64,000 nucleotides of DNA from a virus (lineage: Duplodnaviria; Caudoviricetes), in IMG/VR virus record IMGVR_UViG_3300029967_000162, positions 1 through 64,000 of that record. One strand, written 5' to 3'. Numbering within the stretch: the first letter of the stretch is position 1; every line of letters starts with the position of its first letter. Of this stretch, positions 56,125 through 64,000 are shown piece after piece. The notes beneath the pieces are model-generated. The model was given only the letters and a program-made list of their open reading frames with translations, searched no databases and had not been told where the DNA came from. Both the position numbers and the translations under genes were made by a program.

Positions 56125-56250
56125 TCTCCTCTAGATTAGAACACCTCCTTTTTTAGATATCATATTAGTTTGTTGAGTGATGCACGTCGTGAGATGAGCA
56201 TCACTCTTGTTTGTGCAGGTGGCATAAATAGAGGAAAGTAGAAGGCTAAC

Positions 56251-56928
56251 TTGTTCTTCGACTACTCTATAGACAACAAAGGCAAAGTCAGCGACCCATC
56301 TGGGAACCAGCTCGTCAACTTGGCATCTAGCATGTTCCAAGCTGGAGCTCTTGGCGTCTCTGGCTCTTATGTTAGGATAGGAGAAGCATTCCAGATGAGA
56401 CCAGACTTAGTCTCTATCATGGAGTATAGAGATGATGGCAAAGGCACAGAGATGATCCTCAAGTTCTCTGGCATCTCTAATCCATTCTCTCTTGCAAAGG
56501 ATGATGTCCTTCGAGTGCCAGACTATTCAGCAGCTGCTGCAAATGCAAAAGACAAGGCAGAGTCACTCTCATCTTCTGACACCTCGACTTCTTCCATGCA
56601 TGAGCAGCTCATCAAGAACTACTACAAGTTTGCTGTCACTGACTATGATGGATCTCCATCAAAGAGCTTGAAGGCTCTCATGGACACAAAGATTGCTTCA
56701 GGGAATGTCAACAAAGAAGCTGTGACATCAGGCTCTACACCTTACATCAACACAGCAGGCGGCACAGCAGTGACCATCAAGAATGGGAAGATCTACTTTG
56801 GTGATGGGCAGACTATAAGTGCTGAGACAATCGTCAATGCTGCTACAACGACAGAAGGGCTTGATGAGCAGATCTCAGCGATGGTCTCTGCTACAGCAAG
56901 CCTCTTCTCTAAGTCTTCTTCTGACTAA
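56251..56928 (+). CDS. Baseplate wedge protein (T4 gp53-like, LysM-like)
   Basis: MRPDLVS..EY...ILKFSGISNPFSL...VLRVP. Confidence 0.75.
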   Translation: MFFDYSIDNKGKVSDPSGNQLVNLASSMFQAGALGVSGSYVRIGEAFQMRPDLVSIMEYRDDGKGTEMILKFSGISNPFSLAKDDVLRVPDYSAAAANAKDKAESLSSSDTSTSSMHEQLIKNYYKFAVTDYDGSPSKSLKALMDTKIASGNVNKEAVTSGSTPYINTAGGTAVTIKNGKIYFGDGQTISAETIVNAATTTEGLDEQISAMVSATASLFSKSSSD

Positions 56929-58883
56929 GTCCTGTCAGCTCTGTCATCCCTCTCTAGCTCTTCCTGCATTGCAATGACTTGCTCCTTGCTCACTAAGTTA
57001 GCAGGGTTGTAGTTCCAGTTCTGTGTGTCAACTCTGCCTTTCATCTGGTCATTCTTTGTTGCATTGAGCATGTAGATCTGTGTGTCTTCACTTGCAACTA
57101 TGTTCTTCCTGATCTGCTCGATGTCATCATCAGTGAACTGCATAGAGTCATAGATCTCTTGTATCCTCACCATCTTCCGGCACTCATTGTCACGATTCAG
57201 TGATATGATAGTGTAGCCAACCTCAACAGCATAAGTCTGCTCAAGCTTCTGCCCATCTGCATCATTGATGTTCTTTGTCGTGATGAAGAGCTTGTGCATG
57301 AGCTTGTCTCTCCAGTCTTGGTCTTCATCTACGATGTCTTTCTTCATCTCATAGTCAAGGCCAAGTGACTTGAAGTGCTCTGCATAGTCAACACCAATTG
57401 TGAGATACCTTGAGAAGATGCAAGAAGAGATAGCGACGTCATCGATGATTCCTTTCTCATTGATTCCTTTGGGCACCCACTTCTGGTCTACAGTCACAAG
57501 CACATCTTTCCAGTTGAGGAGCAGCGAGGTGCCAGAGAGGTAGAGCCGATGGAATGTCCACCAAGCAGAAAAGAGAGCTCCAGCATAGTTGACTCTCTCA
57601 TTGTCTAAGCAGCCAATGAACCTGTCAAGTGCCCTGAAGTTGCACCAAGTAGAAGAGTTCATCCTAAGCACATACTCATACTTCCTTCCTTGCTTCACAA
57701 TGAAGTTGATGACTTCTTGCCACTTGTTGAATGTGAGCTGGAGCTTATCCGAGCAAGTCGTCCAGATCATGTGATGCTCTTCATCTATCTCAGTCTCTGT
57801 GATGCCATCCTTGTGCTTGTAGAAGTAGAAGTCGACATTTGGATACTTCCCGTCTATGATGTCCTTTGCCCAAGTCTGCTTGATAGTCTCTTCATAGCTC
57901 TTGAATGGCTCGACATCACAAGAGAGGACAAGCACAAGAGTCTTCTTCGCTTGGTAGCACTCTCTGAGCCTTGTCTTTATGTCTACAGCAGGGTGTATGT
58001 ACTGCTTAGGGAACTTCTCAATCTCTACCTTGTGTCCTGGTGTGTTGAAGAGCAGCTCAGCTGGCTCTTGCATGTTCTCGTCAGAGAACCTGTCATATCG
58101 ATGCACCGACTTGTCTATGAGCTCCTCAAAGCCTTCAAAGCACTTCTTTGAGCTCCAGTCGTTGAGCTTCTTCCTGATGTTTGCACGGATCCAAGAGAGA
58201 TGATGCATCTTTATCTCATTCCATTGGAACACATGCGGCTGCAGGTCATAGACTGTCACTTTCTTCACAGATCCATCTGCCTGTGGCTGGTCAACTTCAT
58301 GCTTAGGCAAGACATAGCGCCTAGTCGGATCAGAAGGCAGCTTGAAGTCATGGCTCTCAAAAGAGAACCTGAACTCTGTGCGAGTGACTCATGGCACATA
58401 CATTCCTTCCTGGAATGGATACACCAAGTAGTGCTCATAGTCATGCCAATAGTTGATGTACTGGCAATATGTCACTGGCCAGTTGCTCTCGTCTATGCTG
58501 TACAAGCAGCGCTCAAATGCCTTGTGAGTGTAGTACTCATCAGAGTCGATGATGAGTGCATGTGAGCATCCATGGTCTTGGATGTGCTGGATGAGCATGT
58601 TGCGCTTGTCAGTCTCTTGCTCACGAGGTGCCTTTGCAGGATCGAGCTCAACTTCTACTATCTCATCAACCAGGTGGTCCTCATCTCTGAGCCTGATCAC
58701 TTCATTGTAGTCAACTTGTGAGATTGGGTCTCCATGGTATGAGACTTTCTGCAAGCCAACGACTACATATGGCACTAAGTCTCGAATCTCTGATATGGTG
58801 TTGTAGAGGAGCTCAGTGCCTTCAAATGCTACAATCCCAAGTCCAACTCCCTTGATGTTCTTGTAAAGATGCTGATCAGCCAT
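56925..58883 (-). CDS. Two-domain glycosyltransferase
   Basis: N-terminal GT2-like (ETDKRN, IIDSDEYY); C-terminal galactosyltransferase-like (IKQTW, YVLRMNSS, IDDVAI); TGA 58389. Confidence 0.75.
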
Positions 58884-58934
58884 CTAGAATGAAAAGTACT
58901 TTTGAAGTTTATAGCATGCTGGTGCTGTGTTTGT

Positions 58935-59881
58935 CTAGAGCCATTTCATTGGCAGTCTAGGTGAGCTGCAAAGCCCAACAAACCTTCTCTTTGCATCTTC
59001 ATGCATTGCTCTCAAGTGCCCAAGGTCAGTCTTGAGCATTGACTTCACATTTTTCTCATACTTTGCCAGCAGCTTCAATGTTGTCTTCACAAAATATCTC
59101 TTGAATGCTTCAGGGCTCTTCAACCACCACTTAGTCTGTCTTGCTTTCATAGTGAAGCAGGTTTCAATCACTTCACTAAGCTCTTCTAGTGATACATTAG
59201 AAAATTCATTGTTGATGAATCGCCTTGTTCCTTCAATTTTCTTTAAAGCCTCAGTGTCATAATATGTTGGATTGATTTCATCATCTAAGACTAGCTCTAT
59301 CTCTTCTGATGTGAATGCCTTTATCTCAGACCAATCTCACAAAGTGTAGAGAATTGCACATTTTTCTGCACATAGTAGTCTCTTGTGTTAGACTCAAGTT
59401 CTAGAGTAGCACCAGTGTCAAGCACATCTCTCATCTTGTTGCACCCTTCTATATAGCCACCAATGCTGTAGTCTCTAGAGTTGCAAACTAAGTTGTACTT
59501 CTCTATGAGGTAGTTCATCTCATGTATGATAGTTTTCTTCACTTCATAAGGATTTGGTATCATGCATGGAATCTTCAGCTCTATCATTGCTCCATATATT
59601 CTTACTAATGGTGTGGATGCTTCAACTTCATATGAATCATAGAATCCAGATCTCCCATCACAATGCCTAGCAGTTGCATCCACAACCAACTCTATTGATA
59701 TGTCTGGAAAGATTCTCTTTATCTTGAATGGGAAGTCTAAAGACATCATTTGTCTAGCTCCATCAATGCCATTTCTCCAGACTCGTTCAATTCACCATGA
59801 AATTTCTTTCACATCACTCCAATACTCATATGCTGCAGCATGAGCTTTCTCTAATATTGGGTGTTGCTTTTGACAGATCAT
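58935..59881 (-). CDS. HExxH family paralogue 8 (HEMNY variant; frameshift near 59362)
   Basis: HAAAYEYWSDV, IHEMNY, ILYTL*DWSEIKAFTSEE; closest to the 27360 gene. Confidence 0.65.
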
Positions 59882-59936
59882 CTTAAGATTTGTACTTTTT
59901 ATTTTTATCAAAATGGTTTGTTTCTTCTTAAATTTA

Positions 59937-60396
59937 TGCCAGGGGGCGGCAAATCTTCAAAATCCAACTTTTGATTAGTTAATCATCTTTGAACTTCTCC
60001 GCCCACTAGGGTAAACCTACACAATCCTAGGGCATTTCATGAAAGAACTTGAAGATTTAAGTTGAATTAGAAAAGCTAAGGACCTTTGAAATAGTTTTGT
60101 AACAAAATTGAAATATCTTTGAAACAAAACTTTAACAAAAATTTAACAAAATTTTGTAGACATTCCGCCCTGAAGTCGATACAATTCTTGTCTGGGACAA
60201 GGTCGGTGAAGGATCTAGTTAAAGTCTTAACTAGACTAGATCTAGTTAAGACTTTAACTTTAGTTAAAGAACTTTAACTAAAGTTAAAGACTTTAACTAA
60301 ACTAGACAGATCTAGTAGGCTTAGCAGAGAGAGTATGAGAGAGACTTCTTTCTGATGCTGAATCTCTACAGGAGACTGACAGGCCCTCCCGAAAAA
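59937..60396 (+). repeat. ~460-bp non-coding element, copy B
   Basis: Reverse complement of 12058-12519; TAGACA-N17-TACAAT at 60157-60185; four AGTTAA..TTAACT dyads. Confidence 0.9.
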
Positions 60397-60410
60397 ATTC
60401 CTTGGATTCT

Positions 60411-62333
60411 CTAAGTCAGTGCGACTGCATTCTCGACACTCAGCTTGCTGCTTGAGCTATAGCCAGTCACCTTGAGGTTGAACCCGCTCAAGTTGTCCAT
60501 CTGCTGGTCATCGACATAATTCACTCCATTCACAGAAGTGAAGTCTCCACGGAACATTGGGTAGATGTCTCTCACAGTATATGAAGCGCCAGTCGTGTCA
60601 TTCAATGTCCTAGTGAGCATGACATCCCCATACTCATCTAGCCCATAGTAGTTGTCAATCCCATAGATTGCACTATTCTCCTTGTCTGGGTCAAACGAGA
60701 CTTTCACAGAGTCAATCCCATCTACAGCCTCAAAGAGTGCGACGATGTCAGACACCGGCACGATGTCTCTCCTATTCAGTGAGATCAAGTAGTCAGAGAG
60801 TGCATCTACACAGCTGTTGTAGACATCTTCCTTGTTGTAGTTCTCCCAGAGCTTGACTTGGGCATTGATCGCAAACCGAGGGGTCTTTGGGTTGATGATC
60901 TTGTTCTCTATGGTGATCACGCGCTGGCCAGAAGACTCAATCAAGTCGATGATTCCTTGCTGCTCGTCTGTAGAGAGCAAGAACAAGTCTTCATCACATG
61001 TGAAGTAGTTAGAGCCAGAAGATGTCCTCTTCTTCAAGTCGGGCACAAGCATCAAGTACACTGTGTTGTCATCAAGCTCGCTGTCAGCAATCCGAGACTC
61101 GGCTTCTCTCACAGCATCAAGCTTCTCTTGGAGCGCCTCATAGAGCTCTGTAGCTTGTGAAGATGACTCACCATACAAGCTCACCGCATTGAGGTAGTCT
61201 TTAGATGCAAGCTCGTATGCATTGTAAGCTGTTGTCCAGCTTGCTTGTGCTTGTATGTCAGAGAATGTGTTGTAGCCAGAGATGACTTCTATCACAGAGA
61301 ACATGTTCATCCTCTTGAAGAAGTACTTGTAGTTGGTCTCATTTGCAAGGACCATTGACCGTGAGGCATGTGGAGCGATCTCTTGGGTGAGAGTGATGTT
61401 CTCTGCATCTGTGCCGAAGATGATGTCAGACGTGGAGCGGATCTTGAAGTATGAGTTGAGGTCAAGCGTAGTCCCATCTACAAGGTACCCATCTGAAGTG
61501 AACTCCCAGTACTCATCAGAGTTCATTGTCTCCATTGGGATGTTGCCGGCGAAGCCATCAGACACGATGTACTCTACCATGATCGTAGAGCCTTTTGCCG
61601 GCATTGCTCCCATGTTGCCATTGCCAAAGAAGACATCGACACCACCAGTCATGCCAGTCTTGACTACAGCAGCATGTTGATCATATCCTAAGTCTAGCAA
61701 TGAAGAGACAATCTCCCATCGCTCATTGTTGACATAGAGGTTGATGAACAGCTCATCTACTTCCCCATAGTTGCGCTCTGTGAAAGAGAATGACTGGAGT
61801 GGGGTCCCAAGGCCTGTGGCAGTCTGGTATGCAAGACGGCCTTGCACAACACCTGCTTCTACAAAGTTAGAGCCTGTCATGGTTATTCTAGCGCGATCAG
61901 CAGAAAATAAAACAATATAACTGAAACCATTAATTTTATTATTGATTGAAATTTTATTTGGAATATAGCAAACCTGCCCATCATATTCTTGGTTCCCAGT
62001 GTTGTAGTATGAAATCTTGACAGATCCTCGTGAAGATATGCATCGAGAAGGTACATGCCCCGTCAAAGTTGCAAGGCCGCGAATCTGCTCCGGCCGATAA
62101 CTGCTTTTTATGTTCGTGGATCCTATCGCATCCTCGATGTAATAAAAGATCATTCTTCCAAGATGGAGCAACACTGTCATGAGCTGCGCAAATGGCGAAG
62201 AAGAGTTGAAGTATTGCTTTGCTTCTCTATAAGACTGCTTGATGTAGTCCATGGCATCAGCATAGAGCTCTTCGAACTTTATGCGATTCAGCTTGAAAAT
62301 CTTTATGTTGTAGAATGAGTTGTCTGTTGCCAT
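60411..62333 (-). CDS. Baseplate wedge subunit (T4 gp6-like)
   Basis: SSPFAQL, IRGLATLTGH.P, VFFGNG.MG.MP, YIVSDGFAGN, FGTDAE, VLANETNY. Confidence 0.85.
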   Translation of the reverse strand: MATDNSFYNIKIFKLNRIKFEELYADAMDYIKQSYREAKQYFNSSSPFAQLMTVLLHLGRMIFYYIEDAIGSTNIKSSYRPEQIRGLATLTGHVPSRCISSRGSVKISYYNTGNQEYDGQVCYIPNKISINNKINGFSYIVLFSADRARITMTGSNFVEAGVVQGRLAYQTATGLGTPLQSFSFTERNYGEVDELFINLYVNNERWEIVSSLLDLGYDQHAAVVKTGMTGGVDVFFGNGNMGAMPAKGSTIMVEYIVSDGFAGNIPMETMNSDEYWEFTSDGYLVDGTTLDLNSYFKIRSTSDIIFGTDAENITLTQEIAPHASRSMVLANETNYKYFFKRMNMFSVIEVISGYNTFSDIQAQASWTTAYNAYELASKDYLNAVSLYGESSSQATELYEALQEKLDAVREAESRIADSELDDNTVYLMLVPDLKKRTSSGSNYFTCDEDLFLLSTDEQQGIIDLIESSGQRVITIENKIINPKTPRFAINAQVKLWENYNKEDVYNSCVDALSDYLISLNRRDIVPVSDIVALFEAVDGIDSVKVSFDPDKENSAIYGIDNYYGLDEYGDVMLTRTLNDTTGASYTVRDIYPMFRGDFTSVNGVNYVDDQQMDNLSGFNLKVTGYSSSSKLSVENAVALT

Positions 62334-62481
62334 GCTATATTTCTAGAATATAAATTTGCCAAAATTCGCCTTTAAATATTATATTGCTTCTATATAAACC
62401 AATATAATATTATTCTTAAAATTACTTATTTTTTAATACTTTCAATTTCAAAATAAATAATTTAAAGAACATTATATTTAT

Positions 62482-63102
62482 ATGAAAGCTAAGGAGGTGA
62501 TGAAAGTCTTAGGCATTTCAAGACAAACTCTTTTCAACTATCTCAAGCAAGGCAAGATTACACTCAATGCAAAGTTGAACAAGAACTTCTATGACTATAA
62601 TGAAGACTCAGTTTATGCATTGATTTGCAACAAGAAGAACAAGCATAATAGACAGGTTGTATCATATGCAAGAGTTTCTTCTCAAAACCAAAAAGAACAG
62701 CTCAAGACACAAAACCAAAGAATTTATGAGTCATGCATATCTAGAGGACTTAATCTTGACTTGCAACTAGATGACATCAAGTCAGGCATGTCTGCTGATC
62801 GCAAAGGATTTCAAAAGCTTCTTAATATGGTACTACAAAATGAAGTAGAGGTAGTTGTCATTGAAAATAAAGATCGGCTCATCAGATTTGGATATGAAAT
62901 CATTGAATATGTCTTTAAATGTTTTGGAACTAAAATCTTAGTACTCAATGATGTACTAGAGAATAAGTCTTATGAGCAAGAATTGACTGAAGACTTGATA
63001 AGTATAATTCACTACTTCACTATGAAAAACTACTCACATAGAAGAAAGTTGAATAGATTGAGGAAAGAGCTTGAAGAAAGTGAAAAGTATCAAGATAAAT
63101 AA
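62482..63102 (+). mobile_element. tnpA: IS607-family serine transposase
   Basis: MerR-like HTH, YARVSS..QK, DIKSGM, KDRLIRFG, EL.EDLISII. Confidence 0.93.
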
Positions 63103-63126
63103 ACTGTAACAAATCTATATTGCTTG

Positions 63127-64000
63127 ATGAAGACAATTAAGCTTGACATAAAGAAGTCTTGTACTTTAGACATCCAAGACTTGACAAGTACCTACAACTC
63201 AATTGTCAGGTTCAGCTTCAATCGTTTTCAAGAAGGATATAGATTTCCAGAAGTTAGGAACTTAGCCAACCAAACTTTTAAAGAGAAGAATGACTTGAAC
63301 TGTTGGATCATTCAGTGTGCGATCAAAGAAGGGTTCGAGCTAGTCAAGAAGGTTGGCAATAAGCACATCTTGTTTGGCGGAAAAGCTTTGTGAAAGAAGT
63401 ACTTAAAGAAGGAGATCACAAAGAAAGAGTTCAAATATGCTAGGATGAGGCCGGTCTGTATTGTTGGTGAAGCTCAATATCACGGCAACAGATTGATAGA
63501 CTTTGACTTAGTGAATGACAAGCTGACTTTGAAGCTTTCAAGGAAAGATCATCAGCTGATTGAGCTTGAGCAGCCACACAAAAAAGTCCAAGCAGAGCTC
63601 AACAGAGTCCAAGAGCTTGCAGAGAACAAGCTCATGCCAGTCACAGTCATGCTCACAAGCGAGTATGTCTGGTTGACTTATGATGAAAGTCTTCTCAAGA
63701 TCCACCAGCTCTGCAACTTGAAGGCTAACAGAGTACTAGGCATTGACTTGAATCCAAATGCACTAGGCATCTCTATTCTTGAGTTTGAGGAGCAAGACAA
63801 CTTCAAAGTCTTGCACAAAGAAGTAATAGACACATTCAAGCTCAACCAAGACAAAGTCTCAACAAACAAGAGGAAGTTTGAGTTGATCCAAATCTGCTAT
63901 CATGTCAAGAACCTAGTTGACTGTTGGAAGTGCGGCAAAGTTGCCATAGAAGAGCTCAATATCAAGCCAGGTGACAAAGGCAAAGGTCGGTGGTTCAACA
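63127..64000 (+). mobile_element. tnpB: IS607 TnpB nuclease (runs off the window end)
   Basis: FGGKAL*KK (TGA 63391), GIDLNPN, IEEL, DKGKGR. Confidence 0.88.

Noticed and set aside
1-64000. Widespread pseudogenisation suggested by fragmented ORFs
   Set aside because: Most breaks are in-frame TGA at Trp positions, including in essential genes; explained by recoding
1-64000. TAG-to-Gln (Lak-type) or TGA-to-Gly recoding
   Set aside because: TAG terminates many genes with tight spacing, and paralogue alignments show Trp
1-64000. tRNA genes, including a suppressor tRNA-Trp(TCA)
   Set aside because: No cloverleaf or T-loop motif noticed in intergenic regions by eye; a tRNAscan run is still needed

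Overview
A 64-kb segment of a large T4-like (myovirus, jumbo-phage type) dsDNA phage genome. The host is most likely in Bacteroidota (TAnnTTTGCA promoters, Prevotella-type NrdD). The ORF track is misleading because this phage reads TGA as Trp. In-frame TGAs sit at Trp positions of paralogues within the window (YTLWDP vs YML*DP, HLWST vs HL*ET) and of conserved families (gp4 YRSS*E, tail tube DF*DE). Reading them through restores full genes for tail sheath, tail tube, head-completion nuclease, NrdD, an AAA+ ATPase, glycosyltransferases, a tail spike and two TnpB nucleases. Core genes include gp6/gp53/gp26-like baseplate proteins, gp32 SSB, gp61 primase, ClpX, a shikimate kinase and a PD-(D/E)XK nuclease. 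The most notable unexplained structures are: (1) a tyrosine recombinase locus with four copies of an identical 39-bp site in alternating orientation; three sit just upstream of divergent tail-fibre/RBP-like genes and the fourth points out of the window (candidate whole-gene switching system); (2) eight dispersed HExxH metallopeptidase-like paralogues; (3) a ~460-bp non-coding element with a promoter and four dyad repeats, in two inverted copies plus one partial copy; (4) five glycan-synthesis genes. Several single-base frameshifts may be sequencing errors. All calls are from manual reading; no database searches were run.
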